64,000 bases of DNA from contig JAEEJO010000069.1 in assembly GCA_016281915.1 (NCBI GenBank), positions 26,990 to 90,989 on the forward strand, in the 5' to 3' direction. The notes beneath the pieces are model-generated. The model saw only the letters and a program-made list of their open reading frames with translations, was not told where the DNA came from and searched no databases. A program made the translations under genes and the position numbers. Positions within the stretch are counted from its first letter, which is position 1; each line of letters begins with the position of its first letter. Below, piece after piece: positions 20,747-29,851 of the stretch. This stretch comes from Clostridiales bacterium (GTDB lineage: Bacteria > Bacillota > Clostridia > Oscillospirales > UBA644).

Positions 20747-20837
20747 ATTACTCTCCCTATATGATTTATATTACGATCGTCCGCACGCACAGCAGGGTAT
20801 ATTGAGCCGGCATGGGTTTTCGCTAAACGTTTTGTTT

Positions 20838-20918
20838 TTATTTTACGGGTCCGCTCGATACCAGGTAATAAGTTCCGTTTCCCGAAAGAGCAAAAACATG
20901 TTTGTATCTTACGCCGTA
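20838..20918 (-). pseudogene. in-frame 3' remnant (26 codons plus stop) of a paralog of the 23101-24507 gene
   Basis: 76/81 nt identical to 23101-23181 with no indels. Translates as YGVRYKHVFALSGNGTYYLVSSGPVK*, against YGVRYKHVFALSENGTYYWVSSGPVK* for the intact gene. Homology decays upstream with indels. Confidence 0.7.
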
Positions 20919-21111
20919 TAGTCGTATATACCTTGTAAAAATCGCTCATCAGCTCCATAAAAGCGCCCGTTTAAGAGTTATCTTTGTCAGTCTGCACTTC
21001 TGTCAAGATATCGAGTCTTGAACTGATAAATATTGACTATTGACAAATTTTTGAATATATTATATAATATTTTTGTAAATAACTAATAATCAACAGAATA
21101 GGGAGGTATTT

Positions 21112-22944
21112 GTGTTGGGAATCATGACTCAGCGGAGATCGGCGGTGATAATACTGTTTGTTCTGTTCCTTTTCAGTCTTTTAGGTTGTGAAGGCAAGAA
21201 ATCCGAAGGTCTTCAGGACGATACTGTTGGTGGACGGACAGAGTCCGTAAACGGTATGGAAATACAAAACGTGCCAACGAATTCTGCAATCCCGGAAGAT
21301 GTAATGAATATTATCCGCTATTATTTTGCTGTAAGAAGACAGTCATTGTCAGATGCCTTTAATCTTAACAATCATAGTAATACACTGCTGGCAAAAGATA
21401 ACAGTATAAAAGAAAAAATAAACAAAAACATACTGAAAAGAGAAGACGAAAGAATATACGAAGTTCAGAGATACTATGTTCTGGGAAGCGGGACTGATTA
21501 TTACGCAGGCTGCGACCTTGATTATCACTGTGACTATTATGATCACTACACTAAAGATGATAAACTCTATGTTGTTGTAACGGAATTTATTAATTATACC
21601 GAAGAAGACGGAACTATAGCAACGTCGGTCGGAATAGGTCATACGAAGGAATTCATAAACGACGGCGATTCGTATTATTTTAATAACGATTCCTATACTG
21701 ACGCGAACATCACAGGAACAAAGGTCGATGAAGACGGTACAGTCACAAAAGGATTGCTTTATCCGGAAATCGATCTTCAGACTGTTGGATCCGATGTTTC
21801 CGCCGACAATGATATCCTGTATGAGTATACGGATGGTGTCCTGTATCTGATTTCTGGGGAGTTCGACAGAGATTTCTTCCGTGATTTCGAACATAGAAAT
21901 GAAACGGTGTCAATAATCGCGGCAGACGGTGTCCGTTTTGTCGAAATTATGGAAGGCGCATTTCACGAATATGAAAACTGTGAAAATATAGATTTCTCTC
22001 ACGCGGACTCATCAAGCCTGACATGTCTTGCAGGGTTATTCCAGGGTTCCGGCAAACTGACAACAGTAAATCTGTCAGGATGGAATACATCAAACGTCAC
22101 AACCTTGTCACATATGTTCAACCAATGCACCAGTTTAAAATCTGTTGATCTATCAGGGTTTGACACATCAAATGTTACCGATATGCAAAGTATGTTTATG
22201 CAATGTCGAAGTCTGGAAAGTCTCGATCTTTCCGAATTTGATACTTCAAATACTGTTAATATGGAATTTATGTTTATAGATTGTACCAGCTTGACGGATC
22301 TCGACATTTCCGGCTTTGATACATCACAGGTTGTTAATATGACAGGTATGTTTACGAGGTGCGAAGGCCTGACAGTTCTGCCTGATTGGTATAATGATAA
22401 ACAATGTGTTGACTATTCGCAAATGAGTGATACAGAAATCATAGCCTTATTCATGAAAGCCTGGGAAGAACAGAATACCGAAGTTATGGATGAGCTATCA
22501 AATTTCTCAAAACTCTGCTCAGGTGATGACTGGGAAAGATACGGCTATAACTTTATGTTCTGCTGGGGCGGCAGTGATGTGGCAATGGGCCTGGCTGAGT
22601 ACAATTATGAGAGACCTGTATGCACACATGGATGCGAAAACTTTTCTCATGACATATATAACCTTGAGATAAGGCAAAGCGATTATTATGATTACGGTGA
22701 AGCTCCAGAGGATTTGCCATCAGTATATAAGCACTATCAGGACGTTTACGAGGTAAAGTTCAATTACGATGAAGATTGTGTGATCAATCATCTTGAATTA
22801 TGTGTCTGTGGATTTAAAGGAATTATTCAGGACGAGTCGTCTGAATATGGAAAAGCAATTTATTTCAGGATACGATATGATGAAGAAAAAGGACACCGGG
22901 TCATAGCGAACAAAGGTTGGGTTGCTGAACGCCTTGGAAAGTGA
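21112..22944 (+). CDS. BspA-family / DUF285 leucine-rich-repeat surface lipoprotein
   Basis: Signal peptide plus lipobox (LFLFSLLGC). About five 25-aa repeats of the type DLSGFDTSNVTDMQSMFMQCRSLESL (about 21990-22385). Visibly more AT-rich than its flanks. Promoter TTGACA..TATAAT region at 21040-21075. RBS GGGAGG. Confidence 0.8.
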   Translation: MLGIMTQRRSAVIILFVLFLFSLLGCEGKKSEGLQDDTVGGRTESVNGMEIQNVPTNSAIPEDVMNIIRYYFAVRRQSLSDAFNLNNHSNTLLAKDNSIKEKINKNILKREDERIYEVQRYYVLGSGTDYYAGCDLDYHCDYYDHYTKDDKLYVVVTEFINYTEEDGTIATSVGIGHTKEFINDGDSYYFNNDSYTDANITGTKVDEDGTVTKGLLYPEIDLQTVGSDVSADNDILYEYTDGVLYLISGEFDRDFFRDFEHRNETVSIIAADGVRFVEIMEGAFHEYENCENIDFSHADSSSLTCLAGLFQGSGKLTTVNLSGWNTSNVTTLSHMFNQCTSLKSVDLSGFDTSNVTDMQSMFMQCRSLESLDLSEFDTSNTVNMEFMFIDCTSLTDLDISGFDTSQVVNMTGMFTRCEGLTVLPDWYNDKQCVDYSQMSDTEIIALFMKAWEEQNTEVMDELSNFSKLCSGDDWERYGYNFMFCWGGSDVAMGLAEYNYERPVCTHGCENFSHDIYNLEIRQSDYYDYGEAPEDLPSVYKHYQDVYEVKFNYDEDCVINHLELCVCGFKGIIQDESSEYGKAIYFRIRYDEEKGHRVIANKGWVAERLGK

Positions 22945-23038
22945 TTTCAAAAACAGCCTGTTGAACAGCATTATTGCTCTTTTGGAATAATGCGTTAAAA
23001 AGATGAGCTCGTGTATTGTAACGATATGATCCTTTTTC

Positions 23039-23092
23039 GGGGCAGATTTTTTTGCTGTGCTTTTTCTGCAAAAACCTGCCCCCTTGTTTTTG
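23039..23092 (+). terminator. terminator after the LRR gene
   Basis: Long hairpin GGGGCAG-A-TTTTTGC..GCAAAAA-C-CTGCCCC followed by TTGTTTTT. Confidence 0.65.
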
Positions 23093-23100
23093 TCGGTATT

Positions 23101-24507
23101 TTATTTCACGGGTCCGCTCGAAACCCAGTAATAAGTTCCGTTTTCCGAAAGAGCAAAAACATGTTTGTATCTTACGCCGTATTCTTCTACCGTTTTTGTA
23201 AGATCGTTATATATTTTTCCGTCGATTTCTTCCGTTTTATCAGCGCTCGAATAAAGGGTGCGGTTTGCGCTGTCATAATAAACATATTTATCGTAAACAA
23301 CAAATTCGCTGCCGTTATTTTCATATCCGTCCAAAACGGTATATTCGCAGATACCCTCTGTGTTTTCTTCCGGAAACGCGTAATAACACCTGTTCTCGGC
23401 GGAATAATCAAGTATTCGAGAGGTGTTTGTGACAGTTCTGCCGTGGCGAATTTCCGCTTTTCCTCCGAAAACGGCGTTTACACAGTATTCAAAAAGCTCT
23501 TCAGGTATAATGATAGCCGTTTCAGTAAGCCCGTCGCCTATGCCGAGGAAATCAGGCATTCCGGAAATTATTTCTTTCAGCCCTTTTTCGCCGTAAAGCA
23601 GGCGGGAAGCGGCGCACGCTCTGATATATTCTTCGCCCAGCGACGAAATATCCGTCTTTTCGTTTCTGTAAACACCCAAAAAGCCGTCGTTTCTGTTGAG
23701 CGGCATTATTAAGCCGTGCAGCACTTTTGCAAGCTCTTTGTCCGTAATTTCCTCAAACGGAATATCACAGGAGTATTTTTTTGCGGTATTGATTTTTTTC
23801 CCTTCTTCATCGGCATTTTCGCGGATGTAAAAGCTGTTTTGCGGGTAGTTTTCAAGAAGGACCGTTTTTCCGCTTTCGATATTCAGTCCGTACCATTCGC
23901 GGCGAAGCCCCCCGCCGTAATATCCGTAAGATAACGCCGCCGTTTCGTCAAAATCGGGCGACGAGAGAAGATCGTTTTCACGGATATGATCCGCCCATTC
24001 CTTCGAGCGGACGGAATATTCGATATAATTCAGAGATCGCGGTATATAATCGCAAAGCTCTTCGTTTTCAAGAAGCAGTTGCGGCTGCCTGCCTTTGCGG
24101 TATAAAAATATCGCGTTTTCCTGTCTGTAAAAAAGGCAGTTTTCGTTTGCATATATATTCGAAATCTCTTTTTCAGACTCAAATACGGTTTTTTCGGATT
24201 TATCGGCAATTTTTACCGCCGTAACGGACTTATCTTTTACACAGTAAAGCCATTCGCCGTTTGCAAAGCACTCCGATATGCCGTCGCCGTAAAATTCCGC
24301 CGTCTGCCCCGTTAAGGTGTTTTCAGCAAACACTTTTCCGTTTTCGACATAAAAGAAGCCGCCGTCATATCCGTAACCGATTCGGGAAACGGTAAATTCA
24401 GGTGTTTTGTCCGTCATCTGCCGTTCATCGCAGGATGATAAGAGAAGCAAAAAAAATAATGTTGTTAAAACCAAGGAAAAAGCAATGTTTACTTTTTTCA
24501 TTTTCAA
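23101..24507 (-). CDS. hypothetical lipoprotein
   Basis: 468 aa with signal peptide plus lipobox (LLLLSSC). Repetitive beta-rich sequence with no catalytic motif recognised. Confidence 0.6.
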   Translation of the reverse strand: MKMKKVNIAFSLVLTTLFFLLLLSSCDERQMTDKTPEFTVSRIGYGYDGGFFYVENGKVFAENTLTGQTAEFYGDGISECFANGEWLYCVKDKSVTAVKIADKSEKTVFESEKEISNIYANENCLFYRQENAIFLYRKGRQPQLLLENEELCDYIPRSLNYIEYSVRSKEWADHIRENDLLSSPDFDETAALSYGYYGGGLRREWYGLNIESGKTVLLENYPQNSFYIRENADEEGKKINTAKKYSCDIPFEEITDKELAKVLHGLIMPLNRNDGFLGVYRNEKTDISSLGEEYIRACAASRLLYGEKGLKEIISGMPDFLGIGDGLTETAIIIPEELFEYCVNAVFGGKAEIRHGRTVTNTSRILDYSAENRCYYAFPEENTEGICEYTVLDGYENNGSEFVVYDKYVYYDSANRTLYSSADKTEEIDGKIYNDLTKTVEEYGVRYKHVFALSENGTYYWVSSGPVK

Positions 24508-24623
24508 TACTCCTTTTTTATTTTATAATTTATTTTATAATATTTCCCCGTTTTTGTCAACATAAAAAATGTAAATTGCAAAATTTGAAGCGTATGTTGC
24601 GGTTTTTGAGGGATATGGCGCCG

Positions 24624-25319
24624 TTATTCCGAAAAAATCAGATCTTTTTCTTCTGTTGTCAGCGCGCGGGACTCTCCCGCAGAGAGAGACGTATCGAGCC
24701 AAAGTCCGCCTATCTTCAGTCTTTTAAGATATAAAACTGCGTTGCCCGTCAATAAAAACAGCCGTTTTACCTCGTGGAACTTTCCTTCGCTCACGGTAAC
24801 GAGCGCCGTTTTGCCTTCGCCCTTTTCAAGTATAGCAGGAGCGAATTTCTCTCCGTTTTTTAGCTCAGACCCGTTTGCAAAAGCCGATATATCCGCCTCG
24901 GTAACCTCTCTTTCAACCTCGGCAAAATAGAGCTTTTCGATATTTTTTTTGGGTGATACCACCGAATGCGCAAAATCGCCGTCGTTTGTGATAAGAAGAA
25001 AACCTTCCGTGTCTTTGTCAAGCCGTCCCACGGTAAAAAGTCCTTTGCGGTAAAACTCTTTCGGCACAAGAGAAAGAACGCTTCTTTCGCCGCCGTTTTC
25101 GCAGACGTATCCGGCAGGCTTGTTCATCATAAGATATATATTTTTTTCGGTGTTTATCTCTTCTCCGTCAACCGTGATCACGGCGTTTTCGTCTGTTTTT
25201 TCGGACGGAGACGTTATTTTTTTGCCGTTTGCAAAAACACGTCCTTCCGCAATTGCTTTTCTTGCTTCGCTTCGGGTGAATTTTCCCGATTCAGATAGTA
25301 TCGCGTCTGTTCTTTTCAT
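24624..25319 (-). CDS. rsuA: RsuA/RluB-family rRNA pseudouridine synthase
   Basis: N-terminal S4 domain and catalytic motif GRLDKDTEGFLLITNDG. Confidence 0.85.
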   Translation of the reverse strand: MKRTDAILSESGKFTRSEARKAIAEGRVFANGKKITSPSEKTDENAVITVDGEEINTEKNIYLMMNKPAGYVCENGGERSVLSLVPKEFYRKGLFTVGRLDKDTEGFLLITNDGDFAHSVVSPKKNIEKLYFAEVEREVTEADISAFANGSELKNGEKFAPAILEKGEGKTALVTVSEGKFHEVKRLFLLTGNAVLYLKRLKIGGLWLDTSLSAGESRALTTEEKDLIFSE

Positions 25320-25399
25320 TTTTTTCTTTTCCCTGTTCGAATTATAGTTTATTATATAATATACTACTTGAAAATAATATGAAATTTATACACTACCCC

Positions 25400-25427
25400 T
25401 TGATTTTTGCCGAAAATAGTGTATAAT
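25400..25427 (+). promoter_or_regulatory. promoter of the SRP RNA / dnaX unit
   Basis: TTGATT (25400-25405), 16-nt spacer, TATAAT (25422-25427) with TG immediately upstream. Confidence 0.6.
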
Positions 25428-25436
25428 AGTATACAA

Positions 25437-25528
25437 GGCGGGTCCTGCGTGACTTTGCGTGCGAACCATGTCAGGCGGGGAACCGAGCAGCATTAAGCAC
25501 ATACAAAGGGCACAGCAGGTAACCCGTC
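25437..25528 (+). ncRNA. ffs: signal recognition particle RNA, short 4.5S type
   Basis: Domain IV signature GUCAGG-CGG-GGAA-CCG-AGCAGC (25470-25491): a GGAA tetraloop on a 3-bp stem plus conserved loop residues. The terminal helix GGCGGGUCCUGCGUG / CACAGCAGGUAACCCGUC closes the molecule. It sits in the conserved position upstream of dnaX-ybaB-recR. Confidence 0.75.
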
Positions 25529-25551
25529 TTATTATATTTGTGAGAGCGCAT

Positions 25552-27231
25552 ATGCAGAAGACAGCTTTATACAGAAAATACCGTCCGCTGACGTTTTCGG
25601 AAGTATACGGACAGGATCATATCACAAAAACTCTGCGCCGCCAGATAGCGGGCGGAGTGCCCGGCCATGCGTATCTTTTTACGGGAACGCGCGGAACGGG
25701 CAAAACGTCGTGCGCAAAAATATTTTCACGCGCCGTAAACTGCCTTCATCCAAAGGACGGAGAGCCGTGCAACGAGTGCGAGATATGCAGGGGCATACTT
25801 GACGGCAGTATTTTTGACGTTTACGAGATAGACGCCGCGTCAAACACAGGCGTTGAAAACATACGCGACATAAGAGAAGATATAACTTATGCGCCGATCT
25901 CTGCAAAATACAAGGTATATATAATCGACGAGGTCCACATGCTTTCAACAGGCGCCTTCAACGCGCTGCTAAAAACGCTTGAAGAGCCGCCGGAACACGT
26001 TATTTTTATTCTTGCCACAACGGAACCTCACAAGGTGCCTGCAACGATATTATCAAGATGCCAGCGCTTCGACTTTTTCCGCCTGAATATAAAGAAAATA
26101 ACATCAATACTCGATTCCGTGCTTGAAAAAGAGGGAAAAACGCTTGACAGACAGTCGGTTGCGCTCGTTGCTGAGCTTGCCGACGGTTCGGTAAGAGACG
26201 CGCTTTCGATACTTGACCGCGTCCTTGAGCTTGACACGCCCGATCAGGTCGAGAAGGCGCTCGGCGTTCTTGGCAAATCAAAGCTTTACGATGCCGCTCG
26301 CTTCGCCGCAAAAGGCGACACCGATTCGCTCTACTCTCTTGTTAGCGATATGTATTCGTCATCGGTGGATATGGCGCTTTTTCTTGATGAGCTTACGGAG
26401 GTTTTCAGGCGCATACTTGTTTCAAAAACGACCTCTAAACCCGAGACGTCTCTTGATATTTCGGAAGACGAGCTTGTTTTGCTGAAAAACATCTCTCCGC
26501 TTTTTACGGTTCCATATACCGTCTATGCGCTGAGAACGATCAGGCAGTCGCGAATTGCGCTGTCAAGAGGTGTTGACCCGCGTGCAGAGACGGAGATTTG
26601 CATGCTGCTTCTTTCAAAGCCTGCCCTTTCGCAGGAAACGGACGCTCTTTTTGCAAGAGTTGCCGCTGTTGAGAAAAAAATAGAGTCGCTTGCAGCAGCG
26701 CCGGTTCAGACTATCAGATCAGAAGAGCCAAAACAGGCGGTCATGTCCGAAAAGCCGGAAAAGCCTGTCAATAAAGAGCAGGAAGCTCCGAAAACGGTCG
26801 AAAAAAAGACGGAGAAAAAGGAAGAACAAATCATCGTTCCCGAAATCAGAGAAGAAAAGCCTGAAATTTCTTCACCACGGGAAAATAAAGAAGAGGCTGT
26901 TGTTGACGATGAGTGGCGCGAACTGCAGACACTCGATCAGATATCCGTCCACATTAAAGATATGACTCTGCAGCTGCTGATAAAAAACTACGCCAAAGCA
27001 GTCTATCGCGGCAAAGAAGTTGTAATAATAGTTGAGGACGAGCGGGACGTTAAAGATCTGAAGAAAAATATAGATAAAATACGCGATGCTTTCGCCGCAG
27101 ATCACAAGCCTGACCGACAGATACGCATAGAACAGGGCGCGGATACGGTAAAATACGTCGGCGAAATGTATGCATACAACAATATTGAATCAAATCCCAT
27201 GTTCAATTTTCAGGAAGGAGAACTGAAATGA
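25552..27231 (+). CDS. dnaX: DNA polymerase III subunit tau (gamma/tau)
   Basis: MQKTALYRKYRPLTFSEVYGQDHI, Walker A GTRGTGKTS, zinc module CNECEIC, and box IIDEVHMLS. Start moved to ATG 25552 because the track ORF start (25459) lies inside the SRP RNA. Confidence 0.93.
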   Translation: MQKTALYRKYRPLTFSEVYGQDHITKTLRRQIAGGVPGHAYLFTGTRGTGKTSCAKIFSRAVNCLHPKDGEPCNECEICRGILDGSIFDVYEIDAASNTGVENIRDIREDITYAPISAKYKVYIIDEVHMLSTGAFNALLKTLEEPPEHVIFILATTEPHKVPATILSRCQRFDFFRLNIKKITSILDSVLEKEGKTLDRQSVALVAELADGSVRDALSILDRVLELDTPDQVEKALGVLGKSKLYDAARFAAKGDTDSLYSLVSDMYSSSVDMALFLDELTEVFRRILVSKTTSKPETSLDISEDELVLLKNISPLFTVPYTVYALRTIRQSRIALSRGVDPRAETEICMLLLSKPALSQETDALFARVAAVEKKIESLAAAPVQTIRSEEPKQAVMSEKPEKPVNKEQEAPKTVEKKTEKKEEQIIVPEIREEKPEISSPRENKEEAVVDDEWRELQTLDQISVHIKDMTLQLLIKNYAKAVYRGKEVVIIVEDERDVKDLKKNIDKIRDAFAADHKPDRQIRIEQGADTVKYVGEMYAYNNIESNPMFNFQEGELK

Positions 27232-27581
27232 AAGTCAGAATACCAAACCAGGGCGGCGGAAATCCGCAGGCCATGATGAGACAGATAGCAAAACTGCAGG
27301 AAGACATGAAAACAAAGCAGGAAGAGCTTGATGCGCGCGAATATGAGGTTGCTGCAGGCGGCGGAGCGGTAAAAATAACGATACTCGGCACAAAGCAGGT
27401 CACTTCCGTAAAGATCGACCCCTCTGTTGTCACGGGCGAAGCGGAAGATACCGAAATGCTTGAGGATATGCTTGTTGCCGCAATAAACGAAGCGATAGAA
27501 AAGGTTGAAAGGACGAACGAGGAAGAGATGCAGAAGCTCACAGGAGCGGCAAATCTTCCCAATATTCCCGGTCTTACATGA
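27228..27581 (+). CDS. ybaB: YbaB/EbfC-family nucleoid-associated protein
   Basis: 117 aa, ATGA overlap with dnaX, conserved dnaX-ybaB-recR synteny, and a family-typical MMRQIAKLQEDM start. Confidence 0.9.
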   Translation: MKVRIPNQGGGNPQAMMRQIAKLQEDMKTKQEELDAREYEVAAGGGAVKITILGTKQVTSVKIDPSVVTGEAEDTEMLEDMLVAAINEAIEKVERTNEEEMQKLTGAANLPNIPGLT

Positions 27582-28174
27582 GCAGAATAGTATCACTTGA
27601 CATACTTACGGACTGTTTTCGCGCACTGCCCGGCGTAGGCTCGAAAATGGCGGCAAGGCTTGCCATGCACGTGCTTAAAATGCCGCAGGAAAAAGTTGAA
27701 GACTTTGCCCGTGCGCTTCTGAACGCCAAAAAGAACGTTCATAACTGTCCCGTATGCAAAAACCTGACGGATGAAGAGGTCTGCACGGTCTGCTCCGACG
27801 AAAAGAGGGACAGAAGCGTTATTTGCGTTGTTGAAAACCCGACAGACGTTATGGCGATAGAAAAATCAAAAGAGTATCACGGTCTTTATCACGTCCTTCA
27901 CGGCACGATCTCGCCTATGGAGGGTATAGGACCTGATGAGATATACATAAAAGAGCTTATTTCGCGCCTTGAAGACGGCAGCGTAAAAGAAGTAATACTT
28001 GCAACGAATCCCGACGTTGAGGGAGACACTACCGCCATATATATTTCCCGTCTCATAAAGCCGCTCGGCGTAAAAACGAGCCGTCTTGCATTCGGTATCC
28101 CCGTAGGAGGAGACCTTGAATATACCGACGAATTAACGCTTTCGATGGCAATCGAAAACAGAAGGGATCTTTGA
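27578..28174 (+). CDS. recR: recombination protein RecR
   Basis: HhH LPGVGSKMAARLA, zinc finger CPVCKNLTDEEVCTVC, and a Toprim domain. Confidence 0.95.
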   Translation: MSRIVSLDILTDCFRALPGVGSKMAARLAMHVLKMPQEKVEDFARALLNAKKNVHNCPVCKNLTDEEVCTVCSDEKRDRSVICVVENPTDVMAIEKSKEYHGLYHVLHGTISPMEGIGPDEIYIKELISRLEDGSVKEVILATNPDVEGDTTAIYISRLIKPLGVKTSRLAFGIPVGGDLEYTDELTLSMAIENRRDL

Positions 28175-28572
28175 TGAACGAATCTGCGCCCATGTCCCGG
28201 CGCGATGCCGCTGCATACTCACCGCTCACTCTTGCCTATCTGGGAGATGCCGTATACGAGCTTCTCGTCAGAGACCGTCTTCTCAGACAGGGCAACAGAC
28301 CGAACGGAACGCTGCACAGCGAAGCGACCGGATATGTCAGTTCTAAAGGACAGAGCGAAGCTTTTCTGAAGATAGAGCCGTTTCTTACCGAAGAAGAGCT
28401 TGCGGTTTACCGGCGCGGCAGAAACGCGCACTCCGTTCCGAATAAAAACAACGATTATGACGAATACCGCAGAGCGACCGGGCTTGAAGCGGTGTTCGGT
28501 TTTCTGCGTCTGTGCGGAGATGACAGGCGCATAAACGAGCTTTTCAGCATTATTACGGAAGGGACCGTTTAA
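28171..28572 (+). CDS. mrnC: Mini-ribonuclease 3
   Basis: LAYLGDAVYELLVR RNase III-like signature. 133 aa. Confidence 0.85.
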   Translation: MMNESAPMSRRDAAAYSPLTLAYLGDAVYELLVRDRLLRQGNRPNGTLHSEATGYVSSKGQSEAFLKIEPFLTEEELAVYRRGRNAHSVPNKNNDYDEYRRATGLEAVFGFLRLCGDDRRINELFSIITEGTV

Positions 28573-28573
28573 C

Positions 28574-29452
28574 TTGAATATCAGATCAAAAATAAATTTC
28601 AAAGAACTGCTTATAGACATTCTTGCAATGTTTATCGGCAGTTTTATATACTCTGTTGCCATCAACACCTTCACACTGCCGAATCTTATCGTGCCCGGAG
28701 GAGTAATAGGTATCGCTACGGTCATACACTCCTTTACCCAATGGCCCGTCGGTACCGTTTCGCTTATTCTTACCGTTCCGCTTTTTTTTGCATCGCTGAA
28801 GATCCTCGGCAAAAAAACAACGCTTAAGATCCTCGGCGCTTCCGTTGTATTCTTTCTTATGACGGACGTTACGGCTCCGTTTTTGCCGCAGTACACGGAA
28901 AACATCCTCGTTGCAGCGATCTTCGGCGGAGTGATCGGCGGACTCGGCCTCGGTATTATGATAATCAGAGGCATCACCACCGGCGGCACGGACCTTCTTG
29001 CGCAGATAATTTCACACTATATCCACGCTCTTTCATACGGAATGACGCTGACTGCGGTCGATGCGATAATCGTTGTTTTTGCCGCGATCGTTTTTCAGGA
29101 CCTGAGCTCGATGCTTTACGCCGCGATAACGATTTACATTACAGGAATAGTTATAGATAAAGTCAGCAACGGCTTTGACAGCGCAAAACTCGTGCAGATA
29201 ATCACCGAAAAACCCGAAGAGATATCAAAGACGATAATGACGCGAATGGACAGAGGCGTAACTCTTATTGAATCGCGAGGCGCCTATACAGGCAAAAACA
29301 GGGAAATGGTCTTTATCGTTGTTAAGCGCTACGAGCTTCAGCGTCTCAAAAGGATCGTCCGGGAATTCGATCCCGGCGCATTCATCATTATAGGCGAAGT
29401 TTCCGAAGTCCTCGGCGAGGGCTTCAAGGAGGACAAGGACGAAAACGCCTGA
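28574..29452 (+). CDS. YitT-family membrane protein (DUF2179 C-terminal domain)
   Basis: Multi-TM N-terminal half plus a C-terminal DUF2179-like region (GVTLIESRGAYTGKNREMVFIVV). TTG start. Confidence 0.8.
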   Translation: MNIRSKINFKELLIDILAMFIGSFIYSVAINTFTLPNLIVPGGVIGIATVIHSFTQWPVGTVSLILTVPLFFASLKILGKKTTLKILGASVVFFLMTDVTAPFLPQYTENILVAAIFGGVIGGLGLGIMIIRGITTGGTDLLAQIISHYIHALSYGMTLTAVDAIIVVFAAIVFQDLSSMLYAAITIYITGIVIDKVSNGFDSAKLVQIITEKPEEISKTIMTRMDRGVTLIESRGAYTGKNREMVFIVVKRYELQRLKRIVREFDPGAFIIIGEVSEVLGEGFKEDKDENA

Positions 29453-29490
29453 TACAAAAACATAATACCATCTTTGGCGCCGAAAGTCAA

Positions 29491-29531
29491 GAAAAAAGGA
29501 GAGACGAAAACGTTTCTCCTTTTATTTTTAT
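29491..29531. terminator. bidirectional terminator (yitT on +; probable end of the AKR transcript on -)
   Basis: AAGGAGAGACG-aaaa-CGTTTCTCCTT with an A-run upstream and a T-run downstream. Confidence 0.8.
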
Positions 29532-29639
29532 TCTTAAAATGTCTGGACGCCCGATGAATTTGTGAATGATAAGCCGCTCGACCGAAAAATACGGAAGAAG
29601 ATTCGTGTTCTCAAAACAAAGTGTGGCACGAAAAAGATT

Positions 29640-29851
29640 GATCCGCAAACAGGGAGATTTTCGTGTCAGGCGAGGAGACAGACCGAAGGAATATGGGTAG
29701 TATTTCGAGGGAGGGCGACGATGTATGGCGCGAAGAAATACTGATTTGCAAACAGGGAGATTTTCGTGTCAGACGAGGAGACAGACCGAAGGAATACGGA
29801 TAGTATTTCGAGGGAGGGCGACGATGTATGGCGCGAAAATATCCTGTTTGC
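29640..29851. repeat. two tandem 103-nt units with long inverted-repeat closing arms (unclassified structured element)
   Basis: Unit 1 is 29640-29742 and unit 2 is 29743-29845; they are near-identical. 5' arms GCAAACAGGGAGATTTTCG lie at 29645-29663 and 29748-29766. 3' arms lie at 29731-29749 (imperfect) and 29834-29851 (CGAAAATATCCTGTTTGC). Confidence 0.85.

Noticed and set aside
19583-20764. 393-aa + strand ORF, along with similar long antisense ORFs. These are 34675-35763 (+), 44559-45428 (-), 28219-28989 (-), 62969-63694 (-), 61879-62589 (-), 23011-23712 (+), 13567-14226 (+) and 38021-38650 (+).
   Set aside because: Each lies entirely antisense to a CDS with strong family-level similarity (FAD oxidoreductase, leuS, pepF, mrnC/yitT, dnaN, dnaA, lipoprotein, secA, rdgB). 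Their translations are low-complexity and Arg/Phe/Cys-rich, with no RBS. They are typical shadow ORFs.
25459-25551. N-terminal extension of dnaX in the track ORF
   Set aside because: The extension overlaps the SRP RNA (25437-25528). The conserved DnaX N-terminus starts at MQKTALYRKYRP (ATG 25552).
29640-29851. Tandem glycine riboswitch aptamers (two similar units of about 100 nt containing GGAGA...ACCGAAGG)
   Set aside because: GGAGAC and ACCGAAGG are separated by only 2 nt, so the helices that lie between these blocks in real glycine aptamers are missing. There is also no downstream gene on the + strand to regulate, because the AKR gene converges on the element.
29640-29851. CRISPR array or integron attC sites
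   Set aside because: There are only two directly abutting 103-nt copies with no spacers and no cas genes. The terminal arms (GCAAAC / GTTTGC) do not fit the RYYYAAC / GTTRRRY attC core sites, and no integrase is nearby.
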